Assembly (NCBI GenBank): GCA_026393955.1
Contig: JAPKZE010000057.1
Span: forward strand, 1 to 34,072
Reading direction: 5' to 3'
DNA: 34,072 nt
Origin: Candidatus Aminicenantes bacterium
GTDB lineage: Bacteria; Acidobacteriota; Aminicenantia; Aminicenantales; Saccharicenantaceae
Part shown: positions 7,501-15,154 of the stretch, piece after piece
Numbering within the stretch: the stretch's first letter is position 1
How the letters are laid out: each line of letters opens with the position of its first letter
The notes under the pieces: model-generated
What the model saw: the letters and a program-made list of their open reading frames with translations, nothing else
Database searches by the model: none
Told to the model about the DNA's origin: nothing
Made by a program: the position numbers and the translations under genes

Positions 7501-8358
7501 CTACCGGCCCTTGGCCAGCCGCTCCGCCAGGAAGTTCGGCAGGGCGAAAGCGCCGCGATAGACGTCGGGGTTGAAATACTTCAGACCGTCAGGGATGTAG
7601 AGCGTCCGGACCTTGGCCGGATCGACCTTGTCCGACAGGAAATCGTAGCACCACATGCCGACGGGATACGTCGGCACCGGCCCGAGGTAGAGCGCCGCGC
7701 GCTTGAAGATCTTCTTCAGGAAAGCCCGCTTGCGGGCGTGGGAATCCAGGTGCAGCATGAGTGAGCCGGCCTGGGCGGCGATAATACCGCCGGGGTTGAG
7801 CTTCGACTTGAGCTTCCGGTAGAACGCCTCCTGGTGGAGGACCGTCGACGGTCCGACGGGATCCGACGAATCGACCAGGATGACGTCGAAGGTCTCCCGG
7901 ACCTTGTCGATGAAGACGTTGCCGTCGGCGACCACGAGCTCGGCCCGGGGGTCCCGGAAGGTCGCCTTCAGCCAGGGGAAGTGATCGCGGCAGGCCTCGA
8001 TGACCTTGCCGTCGATCTCGACCAGCCAGGCCTTCTCGACCGGGTGCTTGAGGACCTCGCGGAGGGCCCCGCCGTCGCCGCCGCCGATGATCAGGACGTT
8101 CTTCGGACGCGCGTGGGACGTCAGGGCCGGATGGACGAGCATCTCGTGATAGTAGAACTCGTCCCGTTCGGTCGTCTGGACCAGCCCGTCGAGGAGCAGG
8201 ACGCGGCCGTAGTCCTTGTTGCGGATGATCTCGATCCGCTGGAATTTGGAACGCCCCTCGTAAAGGACCTCCTGCACGGTGAAGAAAATGCCGGACGCCG
8301 GGGTCTGATATTCGCGGGCTTCGGTCTTTTTGGCATTGAGAGCTCTTGTGATGCTCAT
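7501..8358 (-). CDS. speE: Spermidine synthase (polyamine aminopropyltransferase)
   Basis: Family motifs are YEGRSKFQRIEI, LLLDGLVQTTERDEFYYHEML, VLIIGGGDGGALREV and ILVDSSDPVGP. Confidence 0.92.
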   Translation of the reverse strand: MSITRALNAKKTEAREYQTPASGIFFTVQEVLYEGRSKFQRIEIIRNKDYGRVLLLDGLVQTTERDEFYYHEMLVHPALTSHARPKNVLIIGGGDGGALREVLKHPVEKAWLVEIDGKVIEACRDHFPWLKATFRDPRAELVVADGNVFIDKVRETFDVILVDSSDPVGPSTVLHQEAFYRKLKSKLNPGGIIAAQAGSLMLHLDSHARKRAFLKKIFKRAALYLGPVPTYPVGMWCYDFLSDKVDPAKVRTLYIPDGLKYFNPDVYRGAFALPNFLAERLAKGR

Positions 8359-8382
8359 GGTTTTCTTTCCTTTCCGGACCTA

Positions 8383-8391
8383 ATCATAGCA
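8383..8391 (-). promoter_or_regulatory. Candidate extended -10 element (TGcTATGAT) for speE
   Basis: On the minus strand, TGCTATGAT is at 8391-8383, about 25 nt upstream of the ATG at 8358. No convincing -35 was found. Confidence 0.3.
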
Positions 8392-8511
8392 TAGGTCGAG
8401 GACCGGGCTCTCTCGTTTTTGCCCTCAAAAACAACGGTTTTAAGCCATTTGGGAGGTCTTTTTGAGACCTAACTCGTTGATATAAGTCGAGAAGCTGTGG
8501 TCCGACCCCAA

Positions 8512-10719
8512 CTAATAGATCTTATCGATCTTGACGCCGCTGTAGTACTTCTTCAGGATGTCCGGGTACTTGGCGCCGGCCACGGCCATGCCGTAGGCGC
8601 CGACCTGGCACAGCCCGACCCCGTGGCCCCAACCCCGGCCCGAGAAGGTGAACTGGTCGACCCGGCCCTGCTCGTCGTAGGAGCGGTCGACGACGAAGAG
8701 CGTGTCGCGCAGCCCCAGGGCGGCCCGGATCTGGAAGCCGTAGACCGTCGCGGTCGCGGCGGCCCCGATCAGCGTCAGGTCCATCACCCGCCCTGAATCG
8801 CCGCGCTTCCCGATCTCGATGTCGACGAGGGAGCCGATCGGGTAGGCCTGATTGAGGAGCTTCTCCAGCTCCAGCCGCGTCTTCCGGACCTGCCACCGGT
8901 TGTACCGCGACGACCGGTCCAGGACGTTGGAGTTGGGCGGGTAGAACACCTCGAGGTAGGCGACCTGGCCGTCCCGCTCGAGCCAGCGCACGCTCTCCCC
9001 GCCGAGCAGCGTCAGCTTGGTGGCGAAGGTCGTCTCGTTCTCGATCGTCCGCAGCAGCCGGACATGGTTGGACAGGGCCAGCGTCCGGCGGTCGAAATCC
9101 TGTCCGATCTCGAGGGTGCCCTTGCCCGCCGCCCGGAACAACCCCGTCTTGAAGAAGTCCTTGTGGTCCTTGATGATCCGGGCCAGGGCCACGGCCAGCT
9201 CGGCCCGGCTGACCGGCCGCGACGGATCGCCGGTCCGGACCGAGGCCGGAAGAAGCCCCGATTGGAAGCAGTAGGCCATGGGCCCGCGGGCCTTGCCCTG
9301 GACCTGCGGCAGGTCCTTGAGAAGGAAATCCACCTCGCCGGGGAGGAGCAGCTCCTCGATCCTGGCCTGCCAGCCGAAGGCGTCGACGAGGAGCCCGGCC
9401 AGGCTGATGAAGTCGAGGCCGAAGGAATCGGGAACGAAGCCCTGGTCCCTGACCCCGACGAGCCTCCGGGCGTCCCGGATCCACTCGACCGCCTCGTCGA
9501 AGGTGGTGTCCTGCCGGAAGTCGAGCGGGGCGGCGCCCATGGGCACGATCCCCAGCCCGACGAGATAGGCGACGTCGAGGCTGGCGTTCCGGCCGTCGAC
9601 GGTGATCGGAGCGACAGGCGTCCGCGCCTCGAGGACCCATTCCTTCTGCTTCTCCGACGAGCACTCGACGCTCTTGAGGTAAGGCACGGGGCGGCCCGAG
9701 AAGACCTTTTCGGCGTCCTCGGTCCGGCCGCCGCAGGTGCTCGTGTAGAGGGCGTTGATCAGTTCGCCCCGATAGCGCAGGACCTCGCCCTTCGTCTCTT
9801 CGACGGCCCGCGTGCTCAAGGGATTCTCGGAGGCCATGCCCACGTAGAGCTGCGAGCGGGGCGTATTGACGAGATCGTAGCCGTACTGATCGAACTGCTT
9901 CATGTTCTTGAGCGCGTACGTCCGGGCCGCGACCGCCTGGGCCTTCAGCGCTTCGATGGCGTTGAACTGCCCCGGCGACAGCTCGCCGGGCACGACGCTC
10001 TTGAGATAGTCCTCGAGGTTGACGTAGTTGACGATGACGATGCCCCGAGGCGTCCCGGACAGGACCAGGAAGCCCCGGTAGCCCTTGCCGTTGAGCGTCA
10101 GGAAGCTCTGCGGATTGGCCGGGATGAAATAGAGCTCCGAATCGCGGCTGAGCGACTTGAGCTCGCTGCCGACGAGCATCCAGATCGGCCGGGTCGGTTC
10201 CTCGAGGATCTCCTCGCGGTCGATCCAAACGTCCTTCAGGCCGGCCGCGTTGAGCTCCGCGACCTTGGCCAGCGCGTCGCCGCGGGTCAGATAGTCGCCG
10301 AGCTTGATCTCGAAGACGCCGGCCGCCTCGCTCTCGCGGTCGGCGGCCGCATAGACGTTGCCGCCGAACTTGGCCTTGTAGCTGGCGGCCAGCTGGTCCG
10401 CCTCTTCCGCGTCCTTGGCGTGGGCCAGAAGAATGAGATACTTTTCAGTCAGCTTCTCGCCGGCGCCTTTGATCAAGGCCTCGTCGGCATCGTCGTTGAT
10501 GATCCGGTAGCCGGTATTGACCTCGTAGATCTTCATCCCCGAAGAGGAACGGATGTGGATGTCCTTGAGGTTGGTCCCCAGTCCGACCCGGATGACGGGC
10601 TTGGGGATCATGAAGCCGTGGAAGAACGCCCCCTCGGTCCCGAATTCGACAGGGATCCCCCCGAAAAAGAAGAACCCGACGAACAGGATAAACAGGTACT
10701 TTAATCTATGGATCATCAT
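8512..10719 (-). CDS. spoIID: SpoIID/LytB-domain protein with N-terminal TM anchor, SPOR-like segment and a large internal insert
   Basis: TM segment is LKYLFILFVGFFFFGG. SpoIID motifs are AQAVAARTYAL, YTSTCGGRTEDAEKVF, SGRVMDLTLIG and GRGWGHGVGLCQVGAYGMA. The overlapping same-strand ORF 8522..10228 is Arg/Pro/Gly-rich and rejected. Confidence 0.85.
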   Translation of the reverse strand: MMIHRLKYLFILFVGFFFFGGIPVEFGTEGAFFHGFMIPKPVIRVGLGTNLKDIHIRSSSGMKIYEVNTGYRIINDDADEALIKGAGEKLTEKYLILLAHAKDAEEADQLAASYKAKFGGNVYAAADRESEAAGVFEIKLGDYLTRGDALAKVAELNAAGLKDVWIDREEILEEPTRPIWMLVGSELKSLSRDSELYFIPANPQSFLTLNGKGYRGFLVLSGTPRGIVIVNYVNLEDYLKSVVPGELSPGQFNAIEALKAQAVAARTYALKNMKQFDQYGYDLVNTPRSQLYVGMASENPLSTRAVEETKGEVLRYRGELINALYTSTCGGRTEDAEKVFSGRPVPYLKSVECSSEKQKEWVLEARTPVAPITVDGRNASLDVAYLVGLGIVPMGAAPLDFRQDTTFDEAVEWIRDARRLVGVRDQGFVPDSFGLDFISLAGLLVDAFGWQARIEELLLPGEVDFLLKDLPQVQGKARGPMAYCFQSGLLPASVRTGDPSRPVSRAELAVALARIIKDHKDFFKTGLFRAAGKGTLEIGQDFDRRTLALSNHVRLLRTIENETTFATKLTLLGGESVRWLERDGQVAYLEVFYPPNSNVLDRSSRYNRWQVRKTRLELEKLLNQAYPIGSLVDIEIGKRGDSGRVMDLTLIGAAATATVYGFQIRAALGLRDTLFVVDRSYDEQGRVDQFTFSGRGWGHGVGLCQVGAYGMAVAGAKYPDILKKYYSGVKIDKIY

Positions 10720-10918
10720 AATAAGGAACCCGCGCTTGCTTGGACTGGTCCCATGCTAGCGGATGCCAATGGCTTTGTCAAGCGCAAAATCTAGGGGTGC
10801 TACAATCCGGCCCGAAGGCCCCCACATATTGTGGCTTTCCCCATTATTTTCTTCCGGTTGCGGCTAGCCGGCCGGCCTTCCCCAACCGTCCCCGGAGTTC
10901 GCCGCGGGGGGCCGACTG

Positions 10919-10927
10919 TGATAGAAT
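10919..10927 (+). promoter_or_regulatory. Candidate extended -10 element (TGaTAGAAT) for the giant exoprotein gene
   Basis: TGATAGAAT at 10919-10927 is 30 nt upstream of the ATG at 10957, with GGAGAG at 10945-10950. A second TGcTACAAT lies at 10798-10806. Confidence 0.3.
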
Positions 10928-10956
10928 CCCGCCGAATCGACCATGGAGAGCGGACG

Positions 10957-13900
10957 ATGAAAAAGACCCTTTTGGCCGCCTTCGCGGCGCTCGTTCTGGC
11001 CCAGGCCGGGCTGGCCGAAACCGACAGCCTGTCCCGGCTCTTCCTGCCCGGGCGGGCCGTCCTCGACCTCGACGGCGACGGTTTCCCGGAAAAGCCGGCC
11101 GTGACCATCCTCCTCTCGGACAAGCCCACGGCCGGCGAGCTCGTCCTGGCGGCCGACATCGCCGCCCGGGCCAACTTCGAGAGCCTGGCCGTGGATTTCG
11201 GACTGGTCCGCCGCGAGTCCGAGATCGGCGCGGGGGCGACGCCTCCCCTGCCTATCCTGATCGGCGGCAACCTGGCCTGGGCCCGCGAGGCCCTCAAGCA
11301 GCGGGGCCTCGATCCCGCTTCGCTTCCCGCCAACCGGGGCCTGGTCTTTCTCTTCACCCGGAAAGGCCAGACCGGGATCGCCTGCGTCGCGGGCTCCGAT
11401 GAAGCTCTCCTCAAGACCGGCCGTGCCTTTTTCCTCCGCTGGCCCTATTTCTGGGAGATCTGGGGCCGCGAGACCGGCGCGACCTATGAGAGCCTCGAAA
11501 AAGACATCGGGACGTTCCTGGCCGCGGCGGGCGCCAAGCTCGACAAGTCGATCGTCCGCGAAGCCCTTTACGAGTTCCCCGCGGCTCCGCCCGTCTCCGA
11601 CGGCCTCAAGGCCCTGGCCTTCGACCAGGGTCAGATCAAGGACCTCGTCGTCGAGCTCCATTTCGCCGCCGAAGCGGACCGCCGCAAAGCCCAGGATGCC
11701 CTGCAGCTTCTCGCGGCCGACCAGCGCCGCGGGATGCGGACCGCGACCCTCTCCGTCCCGGCCTGCGCCGCCCTGACCTTCGAGCTCCGCTGCGGCCCGG
11801 CGCGCTCGACCGCCGTCCTGCCGAGAACGGGCGCGACCAAAAGATTGCTCACGCCCGGATTCAAAGAGCGGCCCGGGACCGAGGCCGCCGGCCGGGAGTT
11901 CGATCTCCTCGGCCTCTTTTCGAGCCGGGGCGTCTATTCGGACCAGGACCGGGACGGCGTCCCCGACACCCTCGAGGCCCTGGTCGTGGTTCCCAAGGAG
12001 CCCTCGATCCCGGGCATCGCCGACCTGGCCAGCCGGCTCGTCCTGGGAACGGCCGGCGCCTCCTTCCCCATCGTCCAGCTCGACGCCGAGATCGAGAGCC
12101 GCAAGGCCCTGGCCGCGCCTCTCCTCGTCGGCGGGAACGGCCTGACCGCCGACCTTCTCAAGACGGGCAAGCTCAAGCTCCCGCCGCTCGAGGCCGGCCG
12201 CGGGATCATCAAGATCGTTCCCAAGGCCTTCGGCAAATCAACGGCCCTGGTCGTCCAGGGCGCCGACGGCCCCGGCCTCGATAGGACGGTCGCCTATCTC
12301 TCGCGGACCTTCCCTTACTTCGCCGACTACGGCGAGGGGAACCCCCAGCTGGCCGACCTGGCCGCCGACGTCGAGAGGCTCCTCGCCGGAGAGAAAGGCG
12401 GAGCCGAAGCGGTCCTGATGGCCGCCGTCGAAAAGGCGGCGGCGGAGATCAAGGGCCGCGATCTCGAATCGGTCGGGGCCGACCTGGTGCTGCCGGGACC
12501 GAACGCCCCGTTCGGCGAGGCCGTCGGCGCCGCCCTGCGCGCCGCCGCCGGCGGCGCTCCGGTGTCCCTGAAGACCGCCTCGCTCAAGGACGGCCAGACC
12601 GTCTTCGAAAAGGAGAAGACGTTCACCTGGGAGGTCGACGACGCCATGGCCCTGCTCAAGGACAGGCTCCGGGCCATCGTCGACGCGGCGGGCAAGGGCG
12701 GCGGCGTGGAGGTCAGCCTCGGCGTCAGCGAATCCCCGGCCGTCCGGGAGAAGGTCCGGGGCGAGGTCAAGGCCTTCCTCGAGCAGTCCGGTTTCCCGGC
12801 CGCCCGGATCGAGGTCCTGTCCGCCTACAAGCCGGGCTTTTATTGGCTCGTCGAGAAGGTCCTGCCGTCGCTCAAGGACAGGGGCGTCGCCAGCCTGACC
12901 GTCCGGTTCGCCGAAGAGCCCGAGGATCTCTCGCGGGCCAAGCGCACCTACGCCGAGCCGTCCCGCTGGCTCCAGGAGCTCTACCCCGTCGACGAGATCC
13001 TGGCCAGGGGCCTGGGATTGCCGCTCGAGCGCATCGCGTTCGAGATCGCCCCGCCCGGCGAGCCCGTCTACCGGGTCGAGGCCGTCGACGCCAAGGGGGC
13101 GGTCGTCCTGGCCGAGAGCTTCACGCCCCGGACCCTGGAGATCCCGCTCTCGGCGGTCCTGCCCGAATGGGGCACGGCCAAGCTCACGACAGGCTGGCTC
13201 CGGGTCGTCGCCGGCGGGACCGTCGTCTGCGACCAGCCTCTCCAGACCGACCTCGAGAAGTTCTGGGCGTTCTACCAGTCGGAGGTCCTGACGGCGGTCG
13301 TCGCCCACGTCAGGAAGAAGACGGGTGACGAGCCGACCTTCTCCAAGCAGCCCTACTTCAAGCGTCTCACCGTCGACCTCCGGGCGAGCGAGCCGGACTA
13401 CCGGATCGGGCTCGACGAGGAGATCGTCTCCTCGCTCGAGGCCATCCACGACGAGATCTATTTCGACACGCTCGACCTTCTCCGCGGCATCACCCGCTTC
13501 GACCCGGAGGACAAGGACACCGCAGCCGACACGTCCCGGTCCTCCGCTCCCGGCAACGTCTTCCCGTCCCTCCACCCCTCGCTGGAGGGCGGGCCGGCCC
13601 GGGTCCGGATCGTCCTCGAGGACTGGCCGGCCGCCTCGGCCCAGATGGTCCTCCGCTGGAAGGAGAAGGGCCACGAAGAGGTCACCCGGAAGACGGCCGT
13701 CCCGGCCTTCAAGCCGAAGGACAGCCGCGTCACGGAGCTCGTCCTCGACGGCCGGACCGGACACGTCGCCGACGTCGTCTTCGAATCCGAATGGGAGAAG
13801 GAGGCCGATTACCTGGCCTTCGTCGAGATGGCCGGGACCTGGCGCCGCCTCGCCGAAGCCGGCCTCATCGCCGATCCGTTCCGCTTCCCCGCCCTGGACG

Positions 13901-15108
13901 CCCTGACCCTCCGGCCGCGATATCAGTCCCAGGACAAGGACGAGCGGCTCCCGGTCCTCCCGGCCCCGGGCCCCGCCGGCGCGGCCGGTGCCGCCCTCGG
14001 GCCGCCGGACGGGCCGATCGTCACCACCCGCGATATCATCTCCCCGGACATGGCCGGCGATATCGTCCGCCGCCTCGCGGCCCTCCAGGGCGTCAAGGGC
14101 TACGTCGGCGGCCGCTCCTACGAGGGCCGCGACGTGCCCGTCCTCGAGCTCTTCCTGCCTTTCGAGAAGTACGTCTCGCTGCCGCGGCTCGTCACCGTCA
14201 AGCCGACCCTTCAGGCCGTCGCCCGCCAGCACGCCAACGAGGTCTCGTCGACGAGCTACCTGCTCCGCTTCGCCGAGCTCCTGGCCCGCGACCCCGCCGC
14301 CCGCGAAGCGCTCAAGAAGATGAGCTTCGTTTTCGAGCCGGTGGAGAACCCCGACGGCGCCGCGCTCGCCTACGCCATGCAGAAGAACGAGCCGTTCCAC
14401 AGCCTCCACGCCGGCCGCTACGGCGCGCTCGGCGTGGACATGGGCTACCAGACGGGGGCCAAGCCCCTCCTGCCCGAGGCCGCCGTCCGGGCCCGGCTGA
14501 CCGAGCGGTGGGCCCCGGACATTCTCCTCAACCTCCACGGCTACCCGTCCCACGAATGGGTCCAGCCGTTCTCGAACTACACGCCTTACCTGTTCCGCGA
14601 CTACTGGATCCCCAAGGGCTGGTTCGATTATTTCCGCTCCCTCGGCCTGCCGCTCTACGAGGACCACCGCGGGGAGGCCGCGGCCCTGATGAAGCTCATC
14701 GCCGCCGAGCTCAACGCCGATCCGGCCCTGGCCGCGTCGAACCGGAAGTTCTACGACCGCTACGAGCGCTGGGCCGCGCGCTGGGCCCCGCACATGAACG
14801 CGCTGGAGATCACGGACGGGGTCAATATCTTCGCCAAGCGGCGGGGCCCGGTCGAGAGCCGGATGACGCCGCGGACCCAGACGACGTTCAACGAGCAGAC
14901 GCCGGAGCTCATGGACGAGACGGCGACCGGCGATTGGCTCGAGTTCCTCTGCGCCCAGGGCCTGGCCTACCTCCGGGCCCACGTCAAGTACCTCGGCCAG
15001 GCGGACTATCCCGTCGTCCGGATCGAGGAGGAGGTCCGGAACCGGGCCCGCATCACGCTCGTCCGGAAGCGTCCCGGAGAATCCGGAAAGACTGTTGATT
15101 CCCGTTGA
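10957..15108 (+). CDS. Large secreted multidomain protein (1383 aa) with C-terminal M14 zinc-carboxypeptidase-like domain
   Basis: The ORF track starts at 10831. The internal ATG at 10957 gives the signal peptide MKKTLLAAFAALVLAQAGLA after GGAGAG. The C-terminal part carries QHANE (HxxE, codons 14230-14241), FEPVENPDGAA and NLHGYPSHEW, consistent with M14 metal ligands. The N-terminal part has a duplicated module of about 140 aa. Confidence 0.8.
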   Translation: MKKTLLAAFAALVLAQAGLAETDSLSRLFLPGRAVLDLDGDGFPEKPAVTILLSDKPTAGELVLAADIAARANFESLAVDFGLVRRESEIGAGATPPLPILIGGNLAWAREALKQRGLDPASLPANRGLVFLFTRKGQTGIACVAGSDEALLKTGRAFFLRWPYFWEIWGRETGATYESLEKDIGTFLAAAGAKLDKSIVREALYEFPAAPPVSDGLKALAFDQGQIKDLVVELHFAAEADRRKAQDALQLLAADQRRGMRTATLSVPACAALTFELRCGPARSTAVLPRTGATKRLLTPGFKERPGTEAAGREFDLLGLFSSRGVYSDQDRDGVPDTLEALVVVPKEPSIPGIADLASRLVLGTAGASFPIVQLDAEIESRKALAAPLLVGGNGLTADLLKTGKLKLPPLEAGRGIIKIVPKAFGKSTALVVQGADGPGLDRTVAYLSRTFPYFADYGEGNPQLADLAADVERLLAGEKGGAEAVLMAAVEKAAAEIKGRDLESVGADLVLPGPNAPFGEAVGAALRAAAGGAPVSLKTASLKDGQTVFEKEKTFTWEVDDAMALLKDRLRAIVDAAGKGGGVEVSLGVSESPAVREKVRGEVKAFLEQSGFPAARIEVLSAYKPGFYWLVEKVLPSLKDRGVASLTVRFAEEPEDLSRAKRTYAEPSRWLQELYPVDEILARGLGLPLERIAFEIAPPGEPVYRVEAVDAKGAVVLAESFTPRTLEIPLSAVLPEWGTAKLTTGWLRVVAGGTVVCDQPLQTDLEKFWAFYQSEVLTAVVAHVRKKTGDEPTFSKQPYFKRLTVDLRASEPDYRIGLDEEIVSSLEAIHDEIYFDTLDLLRGITRFDPEDKDTAADTSRSSAPGNVFPSLHPSLEGGPARVRIVLEDWPAASAQMVLRWKEKGHEEVTRKTAVPAFKPKDSRVTELVLDGRTGHVADVVFESEWEKEADYLAFVEMAGTWRRLAEAGLIADPFRFPALDALTLRPRYQSQDKDERLPVLPAPGPAGAAGAALGPPDGPIVTTRDIISPDMAGDIVRRLAALQGVKGYVGGRSYEGRDVPVLELFLPFEKYVSLPRLVTVKPTLQAVARQHANEVSSTSYLLRFAELLARDPAAREALKKMSFVFEPVENPDGAALAYAMQKNEPFHSLHAGRYGALGVDMGYQTGAKPLLPEAAVRARLTERWAPDILLNLHGYPSHEWVQPFSNYTPYLFRDYWIPKGWFDYFRSLGLPLYEDHRGEAAALMKLIAAELNADPALAASNRKFYDRYERWAARWAPHMNALEITDGVNIFAKRRGPVESRMTPRTQTTFNEQTPELMDETATGDWLEFLCAQGLAYLRAHVKYLGQADYPVVRIEEEVRNRARITLVRKRPGESGKTVDSR

Positions 15109-15154
15109 AATTTGATAAGATATCCCTACCCTCAAGGGAGTTGGGCTTGGAGCG

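Noticed and set aside
8454-8470. Hairpin aggtct-ttttg-agacct downstream of the SpoIID gene, considered as a terminator.
   Set aside because: The stem is only 6 bp, and on the relevant (minus) strand it is followed by cccaaatgg rather than a U-tract. It may be weak or irrelevant.
10746-10761. Possible sigma54 -24/-12 element cTGGtcccatgctaGCg upstream of the giant gene, and TTGGCA at 19243 as a -24 box.
   Set aside because: Only the GG-N10-GC spacing fits at 10746, and the flanking consensus positions (TGGCAC, TTGCW) mostly mismatch. At 19243 the GC is out of register, and the site fits a sigma70 -35/-10 pair much better.
10831-10956. 5' extensions of ORF-track entries: 10831, 19243, 24904, 29418, 994, 6310, 1882, 19009, 30434 and 33757.
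   Set aside because: Several begin at TTG or GTG. They lack an SD, run through predicted promoters or the upstream gene, and encode non-protein-like Arg/Pro-rich leaders. Internal ATGs with GGAGG-type SDs give canonical signal peptides or family-typical N-termini.
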